This document shows, piece after piece, positions 54,816-64,000 of a stretch of DNA of 64,000 nt. The notes under the pieces are model-generated. The model made no database searches. It saw only the letters and a list, made by a program, of their open reading frames with translations, and was not told the origin of the DNA. The position numbers were made by a program, and so were the translations under genes. How positions within the stretch are numbered: the first letter of the stretch is position 1; every line of letters begins with the position of its first letter. The stretch lies in the NCBI GenBank assembly GCA_963706575.1, contig CAVPNL010000004.1, positions 256,001-320,000 on the forward strand. The letters run 5' to 3'. This DNA is from an uncultured delta proteobacterium (GTDB taxonomy: Bacteria; Desulfobacterota; Desulfobacteria; Desulfobacterales; JAHEIW01).

Positions 54816-55042
54816 AACGGCACCTCCCTTTTAGGGTTTCAAACAGAGGAACTCAGTATGTGGGCTATTCAAAGGGGCGCAAAAATCAGATGAGAAATCG
54901 GATTGGATTCAGTTGGTGAAGCATCGCTTCAGGACTGTTGGAAAAAGAGAATCAGGGTTTGGTTAGATGTATTTATATCCAAATCGATGGGTTTTAGTCA
55001 ATAAAATAAGGATGTTTGTAGCTGGTGATATATTCGGTACAT

Positions 55043-55217
55043 GGGGATCGGACCGTTCTATTATATTGATATTTATGAAAAAGAGGTCCAGTCATACGTG
55101 TTTTTGAGGTCTATACTGCTCTTTTGGGAGTCAAAACCGGCATTATAGTCCCATATATGAGCCCCATATCTGGCATTAATCTATATAATTTTAACTCCGT
55201 AGCGCGGCTGGACTTCC
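55043..55217 (+). mobile_element. second MITE-like family (GGGGATCGGACC...); its 3' 115 bp recur at 56958-57072
   Basis: ctatactgctcttttgggagtcaaaaccggcattatagtcccatatatgagccc is identical at both loci. Confidence 0.6.
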
Positions 55218-55238
55218 TTTGTATCAATGCTGGACTTC

Positions 55239-55535
55239 TTATTTTAGCTCAAAACCCAAATTGATACTTTGGTTGATGACGACATTTTTTTTGGGATTTT
55301 TAAGGAGAGCATTAGCAACATCTAAAATTTTAAGGCGCTTGAATAAAGTATTGGCGTCACACCTATCCCAATATTTTTTAGTAAATTTTACGACATATAT
55401 TTCATCATTATTTTTAACGCTAAATGTTAGTGCCATGCGGTCTTCATCATAGGCTTGGTCTATAGGAAGTCCGGGGAATCCAATAGAAAGATATTTATAA
55501 ACTGCATCAAATTTGTATTGATCAAATTCGGTCAT
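55239..55535 (-). CDS. hypothetical protein
   Basis: 98-aa ORF with AGGTG RBS. Confidence 0.55.
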   Translation of the reverse strand: MTEFDQYKFDAVYKYLSIGFPGLPIDQAYDEDRMALTFSVKNNDEIYVVKFTKKYWDRCDANTLFKRLKILDVANALLKNPKKNVVINQSINLGFELK

Positions 55536-55626
55536 AATATTCGCACCTAAAAATTGATTGATGTCAGCATTCAGTTCTTTGATACTTTGCCAGGACAGAG
55601 TTGTTTACTCTTAGTCCCTATTAAAA

Positions 55627-55716
55627 TTATGGACGCATTTTCTTATCAAGAATTTTATAAACAGCATATACAACACCTACAATGATGACGAAGATCAACA
55701 AATCCATGAGTTCCAT
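55627..55716 (-). CDS. 29-aa single-TM peptide downstream of riboswitch
   Basis: MELMDLLIFVIIVGVVYAVYKILDKKMRP with GGAG RBS. Confidence 0.6.
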   Translation of the reverse strand: MELMDLLIFVIIVGVVYAVYKILDKKMRP

Positions 55717-55824
55717 TTTCAGCTCCACAATTGTTGTTTGCTTCTATGTCAAGACTGCAATCCACTACAAACGCAAAAGCCGAGCCACCCTTTTGCGCAG
55801 GGAAACCCGGCATTTTAAACCACC

Positions 55825-55899
55825 CAGGCAACCCGGCTGTCTGCTTGAGACCCGCGGCTTTCCGTCCCCTTCTCACAAAGGGTTTGGCTTTATCGTGGG
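55825..55899 (-). promoter_or_regulatory. c-di-GMP-I (GEMM) riboswitch
   Basis: AAAGCCAAACCCTTTGTGAGAAGGGGACGGAAAGCCGCGGGTCTC...AGCCGGGTTGCC; GCCGGG...CTCGGC-U4 hairpin at about 55776-55812. Confidence 0.9.
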
Positions 55900-55927
55900 A
55901 GAATTTAATTCTCAATATGGTGGTATT

Positions 55928-56952
55928 GGGGGTCGGGCCACGCTAACTAATTGACATTATGTCACAAACATCATAAAATCAAGCCGTTTTAGGCCTTAGA
56001 AGCCCCATTTTGGGGTCAAAATCACCCTTCTAAGGAAAAGGTTGCTTTAATGGCACGCGCAAAAAGACATTACCTTCCCGGGCACGTCTGGCACATAACA
56101 CACCGATGCCACAAAAAGGAGCTTTTGCTAAAACTAGTTAAAGACAGGCAAAGGTGGCTTTATTGGTTGTTTGAGGCTAAAAAACGATATGGTTTGTGCA
56201 TTCTCAACTATATCGTAACATCAAACCATATTCATCTTCTTGTGGCAGATGATGGGTCTCGAGATGCCATCCCCAGGTCAATGCAACTGTTAGCCGGACG
56301 AACCGGGCAGGAATATAATCAGCGCAAAAAGCGCAAGGGTGCTTTCTGGCAAGATCGCTATCATGCAACTGCTGTGCAAAGTAATTCGCATTTAATCAAA
56401 TGCATGACCTACATTGATCTGAATATGGTGCGTGCAGGTGCGGTAAAGCATCCACAAGAGTGGATTCACAGCGGATATCATGAAATTCAAAAGCCCAAAG
56501 AAAGATATGGTTTAATTGACTTCAAAAGCCTAATGCAGCGGCTGCCGATTGAGTCCAAAGACGAATTGAAGGAGGCGCATTATAAATGGATTGAAGAACA
56601 ATTGAAAAAATCACAGCTGGTTCGTGAAAGCAAATGGACTCAAAGCATTGCTGTTGGAGAAAAATCGTTTGTTGAACAAATAAAAAAACGGCTTGGTATT
56701 CGTTCTAAAGGTCGGAAGATTCTCGAAAATGAAGGTGACCACCAGTTACGTGACCGGCAGACCGGTTATGGCGAGAGGGAACAATTTAATAGCGAAAATA
56801 CCTTTTATTGGGATTTAGACGAAAAAACCGTAGGGTCTTATATTCATTAAAATGCCCATTTTAGCCCTAAAATGGTGCCTTTAAGCCTAAAAAACAGGCC
56901 TTTTTTTAGCTCTTTTTGCAAAATATCAAATACTTGCTGCGGCCCGACCCCC
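55928..56952 (+). mobile_element. HUH/RAYT-type element with 12-bp TIRs GGGGGTCGGGCC/GGCCCGACCCCC
   Basis: Similarity to copy 2 ends close to these IRs; internal TTGACA-N17-TAAAAT at 55951-55979. Confidence 0.88.
56050..56850 (+). CDS. REP-associated tyrosine transposase (Y1 HUH)
   Basis: HITHRC, SNHIHLL (HUH), FWQDRY, YIDLNMVRAG..HP..W..S. Confidence 0.9.
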   Translation: MARAKRHYLPGHVWHITHRCHKKELLLKLVKDRQRWLYWLFEAKKRYGLCILNYIVTSNHIHLLVADDGSRDAIPRSMQLLAGRTGQEYNQRKKRKGAFWQDRYHATAVQSNSHLIKCMTYIDLNMVRAGAVKHPQEWIHSGYHEIQKPKERYGLIDFKSLMQRLPIESKDELKEAHYKWIEEQLKKSQLVRESKWTQSIAVGEKSFVEQIKKRLGIRSKGRKILENEGDHQLRDRQTGYGEREQFNSENTFYWDLDEKTVGSYIH

Positions 56953-57296
56953 TTTTCTTTTTTGAGGCCTATACTGCTCTTTTGGGAGTCAAAACCGGCA
57001 TTATAGTCCCATATATGAGCCCTTATCTGATATTAATCTTTATAATTTTAGCTCCTTAGCGCGGCTCGACCCATAGATAACATTCTCGGTGAAATTGTAA
57101 AGAAATGTTCGTCCTTGTCCAAATAAGGTTGTAGAAGGGATGTCCCCTTTGTTTCCAGATTTAAAAGCTGCCGGGTTTTTAGAATTGACACATATCATAA
57201 AACGTGCCAATCGAAGTTTATGGAACCTTCCATTAGAACCCTGTATCCTGACCCGTCCGAATCCCTTGTTTTAAACCAATCGGGGATCGGAAGAAA

Positions 57297-58613
57297 ATGA
57301 ACTCGAAGAATTTTTGTTTTTTGATTTTTTTCATTGTTGTTTTATTGGCGGGCTTTGGCCTTTCGGATGGGGCCGGTAATCAAACGCTCAGTGCCAAAGA
57401 ACAACTGGGCAAATCCATATTTTTCGATAAACAATTATCGCTCAAGCGCAATCAGTCCTGTGCATCCTGTCACGATCCTGCTGCCGGTTGGGCCGGCCCG
57501 GATTCTGCCGTAAATGCCCGTGGAGCAGTTTACGAGGGCTCTGTTGCCGGCCGCAGCGGCAACCGCAAACCGCCGAGTGCTGCTTATGCAGCAACCCACC
57601 CCAAACTACACCTGTTTATCGACAAAGATGAAGACGAGCAATTGTTTATTGGCGGTAATTTTTGGGACGGTCGGGCCACCGGAGAAGAGCTGGGCAATCC
57701 GGCAGCCGATCAGGCCCAGGCGCCTTTTGTTAACCCTGTTGAGCAGGCACTGCCGGATATGCTCTGTGTCGTTTACCGCGTTTGCACCCCCGCCGCCCCT
57801 TATCCGGTATCCTTCGAGGAGGTCTGGGGAAGCGGTGCCTGTGAAATCAGCTGGCCGGAAGATTTCGATAAAATGTGTGCACAGAATGAAATTTCGATAC
57901 AGCTAATCGACAGGGAAATGGACAGGGCCCGTAAGATTTTTGATCAAATCGCCCTGTCTATTGCGGCTTTTGAGGCTTCGGACGAAGTGAATCCCTTTTC
58001 TTCTAAATTTGATAAATATATGAAAGGCCACGCAACACTGAGTGAAATTGAACAGATCGGTTTAGATCTGTTCAAAAATAAAGGCAAGTGCGCCGATTGT
58101 CATGTTCTGGACCCGGGCCCCGGAAATACACCACCGCTTTTTACGGACTTTACATTCGATAACCTGGGAATTCCCAAAAATCCTGAAAATCCTTTCTATA
58201 TCATGCCTTCAGAAGTTAACCCGCAGGGACACCGCTGGGTGGATAACGGTCTCGGCGGCTTTTTGCAGACCCGCCCCGATTTCAGGGAACACCGGCTGGA
58301 CAACATCGGAAAGCACAAGGTTCCGACGCTTCGCAACATTGATAAACGGCCGCATCCAGATTTCGTGAAATCCTACGGGCATAACGGCTATTTTAAGGAT
58401 CTAAAACAGATCGTCCATTTCTACAATACCCGGGACACTCTGGGCATCTGCTGGGGCGCTGATGGGGAGATCGAGGGTGAAACCTGCTGGCCCCCGCCGG
58501 AGGTAACCCTCAATGTCAATTCAGAGGAACTGGGAGATCTTAAGCTCACGGACGCCGAAGAGGATGCGATTGTTGCATTCTTAAAAACATTGACCGACGG
58601 CCACACTGATTAG
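57297..58613 (+). CDS. di-heme cytochrome c peroxidase/MauG family protein
   Basis: Signal peptide, CASCH and CADCH, FWDGRA, KVPTLRN, YGHNG, IVAFLKTLT. Confidence 0.9.
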   Translation: MNSKNFCFLIFFIVVLLAGFGLSDGAGNQTLSAKEQLGKSIFFDKQLSLKRNQSCASCHDPAAGWAGPDSAVNARGAVYEGSVAGRSGNRKPPSAAYAATHPKLHLFIDKDEDEQLFIGGNFWDGRATGEELGNPAADQAQAPFVNPVEQALPDMLCVVYRVCTPAAPYPVSFEEVWGSGACEISWPEDFDKMCAQNEISIQLIDREMDRARKIFDQIALSIAAFEASDEVNPFSSKFDKYMKGHATLSEIEQIGLDLFKNKGKCADCHVLDPGPGNTPPLFTDFTFDNLGIPKNPENPFYIMPSEVNPQGHRWVDNGLGGFLQTRPDFREHRLDNIGKHKVPTLRNIDKRPHPDFVKSYGHNGYFKDLKQIVHFYNTRDTLGICWGADGEIEGETCWPPPEVTLNVNSEELGDLKLTDAEEDAIVAFLKTLTDGHTD

Positions 58614-58651
58614 GCAAACAGCAAAGAGAAATGAAAAAGGCGTATTGTATT

Positions 58652-59668
58652 GGGTCGGGCCACGCTAACTAATTGACATTATATCACAAACATCATAAAA
58701 TCAAGCCGTTTTAGGCCTTAGAAGCCCCATTTTGGGGTCAAAATCACCCTTCTAAGGAAAAGGTTGCTTTAATGGCACGCGCAAAAAGACATTACCTTCC
58801 CGGGCACGTCTGGCACATAACACACCGATGCCACAAAAAGGAGCTTTTGCTAAAACTAGTTAAAGACAGGCAAAGGTGGCTTTATTGGTTGTTTGAGGCT
58901 AAAAAACGATATGGTTTGTGCATTCTCAACTATATCGTAACATCAAACCATATTCATCTTCTTGTGGCAGATGATGGGTCTCGAGATGCCATCCCCAGGT
59001 CAATGCAACTGTTAGCCGGACGAACCGGGCAGGAATATAATCAGCGCAAAAAGCGCAAGGGTGCTTTCTGGCAAGATCGCTATCATGCAACTGCTGTGCA
59101 AAGTAATTCGCATTTAATCAAATGCATGACCTACATTGATCTAAATATGGTGCGTGCAGGAGTGGTAAAGCATCCGCAAGAATGGATTCACAGCGGATAC
59201 CATGAAATTCAAAAGCCCAAAGAAAGATATGGTTTAATTGACTTCAAAAGCCTAATGCAGCGGCTGCCGATTGAGTTTAAAGACGAATTGAAGCAAGCAC
59301 ATTATAAATGGATTGAAGAGGAATTGAAAAAATCACAGCTGGTTCGCCAAAGCAAGTGGACGCAAAGCATTGCTGTTGGAGAAAAATCGTTTGTTGAACA
59401 AATCAAAAAACGTCTTGGTATTCGTTCTAAAGGTCGGAAGAGTCTCGAAGATGAAGGTGACTACCAGTTACGTGACCGGCAGACCGGTTATGGCGAGAGG
59501 GGCAAATTTAATAGCGAAAATTCCTTTTATTGGGATTTAGACAACAAACCCACAGATCCTCCTTAAAACGCCCATTTTACCCCTAAAATGGTCCCTTTAA
59601 GCCTAAAAAACGGCCTTTTTTTTAGCTCTTTTTGATAAATATCAAATACTTACTCTGGCCCGACCCCC
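58652..59668 (+). mobile_element. second copy of the HUH/RAYT element
   Basis: Near-identical to 55928-56952, same orientation. Confidence 0.88.
58772..59566 (+). CDS. REP-associated tyrosine transposase (Y1 HUH)
   Basis: Near-identical to 56050-56850. Confidence 0.9.
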   Translation: MARAKRHYLPGHVWHITHRCHKKELLLKLVKDRQRWLYWLFEAKKRYGLCILNYIVTSNHIHLLVADDGSRDAIPRSMQLLAGRTGQEYNQRKKRKGAFWQDRYHATAVQSNSHLIKCMTYIDLNMVRAGVVKHPQEWIHSGYHEIQKPKERYGLIDFKSLMQRLPIEFKDELKQAHYKWIEEELKKSQLVRQSKWTQSIAVGEKSFVEQIKKRLGIRSKGRKSLEDEGDYQLRDRQTGYGERGKFNSENSFYWDLDNKPTDPP

Positions 59669-60382
59669 TTTCGCTTTCGCATGATGGGCTCCTTCTGGCT
59701 GTGGGGTTGGTGGTTCTTCCTAACATTACCAGATCGCCTGTCATGTCCACTATTTATTTATATGGTGCACTTTGAATTTGAATTCACCAAATCGTTTCGA
59801 TCAGCAACATCGTTTACAATCCTGCGCTTTTCGATTCCTCTTACGATTACATGATGCAAAGTCCCAGGGACATCCAACCGGGCTCGACGCGGCATCGTAT
59901 CCCTCCTGCCCAACTATTTTTATCAATCACGTAACACAAATACAAATAAGTTTTTTTAGTCAACAACGTCCCTTAATTCGAGCTATAGAAAGCAACTCAT
60001 TTGCTTCATTCTGTGCCATTATCAGTCTTTAATTCAGGATGTCTTTCATAAAAACCTGACAACTCTTCTAACGGACCTTGACAGTCTGGGCATATTAAAT
60101 CTTGGCAATCTTTTTTGTAAAAAGGCTTTATACATTTTGGGCACATCAATACCTTTTTGTCATCCCTTGCTTTCTTTTCTGCCTCAATCGTCTTTTCTCT
60201 GAAAGAGGACCAAATAAAAAAAGCTCCTAATATTATAAGCCCTCCGCCAAAAGGCCATTTAATTTCTGTAAAATCAAAATCTTAGCGCGATCCTAATATG
60301 ATTAGATAATAGGATTTATGATTATCCAAATCCAAACAATCCCATTAAACATCCTAATCAATGTAGGTTATCCTTTTCATAC

Positions 60383-63300
60383 TTATTTCTCACATGATGT
60401 AGAATTCTGGCTTGATGAAAGAAAGCTATTATATTTCTCAAAAATCGGTCTCGCAAAACTACCAACATAGCCCCCTAATCCTTTTGGGGGTCCAGTTTGT
60501 GGAAACCAGCCATATATTAAATCTACTATTGCTCCAGAATATGGTGCGGCAATATAAGCGGCTGATATAGCCGAAGGCGCAGCAGTTATAGCAGCTGCTG
60601 CTGTCAATGGTACGGCTTCACTAACAAAAGCGACACCTAATGCTGTTTGCGCGAGAGGGTGACCATTCATTGCGATGTCAGCGGTTGCTTTCGACGCTTC
60701 ACCAACTGCATAGCGCACCCCCTTTTGTACCCTCTACAATTGCCTTTTTAATACCGGGAAGAATATCAGAGAATTCTAACCCTAACGGATCAATCAGATT
60801 TATTGGATCATTTAATACATACCCATAAAGATCCGTATCACCACCGGCAAAGAAGATGGGATCCTTTGCAGTCCAGCGCCCTACATCCGGATCATAATCC
60901 CTGAAACCAAATCTGACCAACCCGGTATCACGATCATGCAAACCGCCGGCAAAACCGAAGGGAATCTTAAAAGCCTCATTGGTATCAGCAATGATGTTAC
61001 CGAATGAATCGTAATCTATTCTTTTTACCACATTGCCGGCCGAATCCGCAACCACTCTCAAAGATCCCACCTGGTCATAGGTCAGATAATAGGTTACTGC
61101 CTTCTGTCGTTACTGCCACCGGCATGCGATCATCGGCATATTCAAAGCGCATCAAAAGATTATCAGATCCGTCATAGACTGCCAGCAGCCGCGTCAGACC
61201 CTGCCAAAGGTATTTTTCCGTTATGACTCCGTCTGACTTCTTTGGCAATTCGGCGACCCAGCGGATCATGCAAATATTCAATTAGCCGTCCATCGGGCAG
61301 ATGTGACACTCTAACAGCTCGCCGCGGGAAGAATAGATATAAGACGTTTTATCGGCTGTATTGGTTCGATCGGTTTTATGGTTAAAAACCCGTCAAGGTC
61401 ATACTCATATTTCATGTCACCGACCGTCAGCAGGTGATCTTCTTCCGAATAAGTGTAATTTCTTCCGGAAATCCCACGCAAGGTATTCATCTCATAATTT
61501 CGGGTACCGTTGGCATCATAGCGATATTCTTCTACTAAGATCACCGTCTTTGGTGACCGTCAGCAGCCGCCCCATGTAATCGTATGTGTAGCTATAAGTT
61601 GCAGTAACACCGGCGACGGTTTCAGTCTTTTGAGTGATTCGGCCGTTGTTGTCGCGGTAAGATTCCAGGAGGCCACATTTTGGGTGCCGACACTGACACC
61701 CTGCCCTTCTACTTCGCCATAGCCATTGAATAAGCGGGTCAAGATTAAAGGCGCCTCCGGAGACTGATTCAGGCAAACCATTTTCGCTGTTGCGGGATAT
61801 GGCAAAACTGCCGGCAGCGGTTAAAAGCCCATCATTGTCATAAGTATAATTGACCGTGTGGCCGGCATAGGAAAAGCAGGAAATGTCAAAGTCATTATTG
61901 TAGGTGAAAGTCTAAGATTGATTCAGTGTACCGCTCAGCGTCTCCGATGTGACCAGTTTGCCGTCGTAACTCGTAGGTAGTCGATTCGGTATCTTTTGTG
62001 ATCGAATCAATCTTCGTGCCGCAAAATAGGTGTAAGATCAATATTACCTTCGGGAGTCTGAATTTGTGATAGCCTGGTGTTGTCATAAATGTTGAATGAT
62101 CTGTTTGCCGGAAGGAAAGTTTGTCTCGATCAAGCGCCTGTCTTTGTCATACACATAATGGTAACTGCCGCTTATTGGCGTCGTATAGGAACTGTTTCGG
62201 TTGACCTTGTTGTAATCCAAACCGTGGCTGAAATGCCGACTGGATTGGTCAATACCGTCATATTTCCGTTGGCATCATAGGTAAAATCAATGAAGTTGCC
62301 GTCGGGCCGATTGATGCCGGTTATACGCCCAATATGGATCATATTCATAAGTGGTTGAGTGGCCTTCAGGATCGGTGACGGATTCCAAGAAATCCATCAG
62401 CATTGTAGGTAAAAGAGGATTGTCTGGTGTTTGTGCTGACGGAAGTTAAGTCTTCCCCTTGAATCATAATCGTATGCTGGTTTGATGACAGACCCGGCCA
62501 CAGCTGACACTTTCCACCAGCAGGGTCGCCGGATCGTAGAGTGAGGTTATGGTTCTGCCCTCGGGTGAAGTAACGGTCTTTTGTGCTGCGAGGGTGTTGT
62601 TCTGAATACTAGTAGCCTTACCGTTAACGGCAGCCGTCTCAACGATCAGGTCGGCAATATCATCCTCGTTGGTATCGGTGTAGGTCTTATCAATCGTCGT
62701 TATTCTTTCTAATCCTGCTGGCGTGCTTTCCGTCATCTGTTTTACAGATTTGTACTTATATTCTGAATCAAGATCGTAGATGTATTCCAGATCGGTGCCG
62801 CAGGGAAGGGAATGGTTTTCGATCAAACCATCATCAGACTGCTCAAAATGGGTAAGCGCTCCTGTAGGATCGGTAATTGTAGAAGTATATTTTCCCGTTG
62901 AATCTGTTTGGTCAAGAAAAGAAGTGAGATTGCCTTCAGCCGATAGGACTTCAGTCATGATCTCACTGTTTACGTCGACCGTTCGGGTATAGGTCCATTG
63001 ACCGCCTTCTTCATCCAGAACCTCTGCTAATCTACCTTTGTCATCGAAAACATGTTTAAATTGATTTCCGGCCGGTTCAGTCTCCACCAGCATCAGCCCG
63101 TCTGATGTGTACTCAAAATCATAGTAACTGCCATCAGCATAGGTTACGCGATTGAGGTGGTTATTCGCATCGATTGCCAGTTCGGTCCGAATCCCATCCG
63201 GTGAAATAATGGCGGTAGGCATGCCAGCCACCGCGTCGCGCTCGATGCGGATAATGTTTCCAAACTGATCCGTAATAGCCACTAAATTGTTTTCCCCATC

Positions 63301-64000
63301 ATAATCGAAATCATACAATGAAATCCTCGTATCCAAATCAACTGTCTTCATATGACGCCCGTCGCTGGACATAATATATCCCAGGCCGCTTTCTTCGGTA
63401 AATGAGAATGCTGATCCGGGGGTTGCCACTTTTATCCCTGAAGATGGTGAACCTACTTTCCGGACACGACCGTTAAACATATCGGCGATAAAAATATTTC
63501 CAGCAGGATCTATAAGTACATCAGTTGGGCGATTAAGCTGAGCCAGGGATGCCAAAACACCATCCCCTGAGTACCCTCCACTGGTATTGTTAAAACCTGC
63601 CACGGTGGTTATGACACCATGCGTATTGACTTTACGAACGCTGTTATTCCAGGACTCAACAATATAAAGATTGCCCGCAGAATCCATGGTTATTTCTTCA
63701 ACGCCATAAAGGTAAGCCTCGGTTGCAGGGCCGCCGTTACCAATCGTCCCCCAGGCTCCGCCACCGGCAACCGTTGTGATAATACCGCTGGGATCTACTT
63801 TCCGAACCCGGGATCTTTCTGCAATGTACAAATTGCCCTCTTCATCCAAATAAATGTCCGTAGGATCATTCAATTGAGCCTGAACGGCCGGTCCACCATC
63901 GCCTTCTGAACCAGCGGTGCCATTGCCGGCAACAACTGTCAAGACGCCGGCGGGATCCATTTTCAAGACCTTATGCGTGCTAACGGCCGCATAAATATTA
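60383..64000 (-). pseudogene. NHL-repeat + YD/RHS-repeat (teneurin-like) protein, many frameshifts, start outside the window
   Basis: NHL repeats (VAGNG..GDGGPA..A.L..P), YD repeats, RHS core PFGFAGGLHD..TGLVRFGFRDYDP..GRW..KDP...DPLGL, then a hydrophobic C-terminal tip. Confidence 0.85.

Noticed and set aside
10687..55035. GATAT repeats as a CRISPR array
   Set aside because: Units are degenerate, dispersed between genes and have semi-conserved linkers; no cas genes.
10687..55035. GATAT repeats as pdif/Xer or classical attC sites
   Set aside because: No XerD-type TTATGTTAAAT arm or 11-6-11 layout; no RYYYAAC...GTTRRRY long hairpin.
55655..55954. ORFs 55655-55915, 55682-55954, 55731-55946 (and 32922-33122)
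   Set aside because: They are translations of the riboswitch sequence.

Overview
Accessory region, probably from a deltaproteobacterium (Desulfobacterales-like; inferred from protein families, not proven). It has no rRNA/tRNA genes, CRISPR array or recombinase gene. It is a mosaic of unrelated one- to four-gene modules, mostly on the minus strand: ectoine hydrolase-like peptidase, CHAT/TPR protein, SBP + hybrid kinase + PP2C signalling operon, mandelate racemase, orphan mreB/khpA/csp paralogs, truncated globin, PilZ protein, sulfur oxygenase reductase homolog, adenylate cyclase-TPR, cytochrome c peroxidase and a frameshifted NHL/RHS protein. The most striking unexplained structure is about 20 co-oriented intergenic sites between about 10.7 and 55 kb, made of GATAT-N6/7-ATATC palindromic units at fixed 36-37 bp and 44-46 bp spacings. 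These sites lie at module borders. A group II intron (EBS1/EBS2 complementary to the repeat consensus), two IS1182-type MITEs and a truncated IS1182 are inserted in their cores. This suggests an integron-like cassette system with a non-attC site. Also present: two HUH (RAYT-type) transposase elements with GGGTCGGGCC terminal repeats plus miniature derivatives, two c-di-GMP-I riboswitches and two pairs of conserved unnamed leader sequences.
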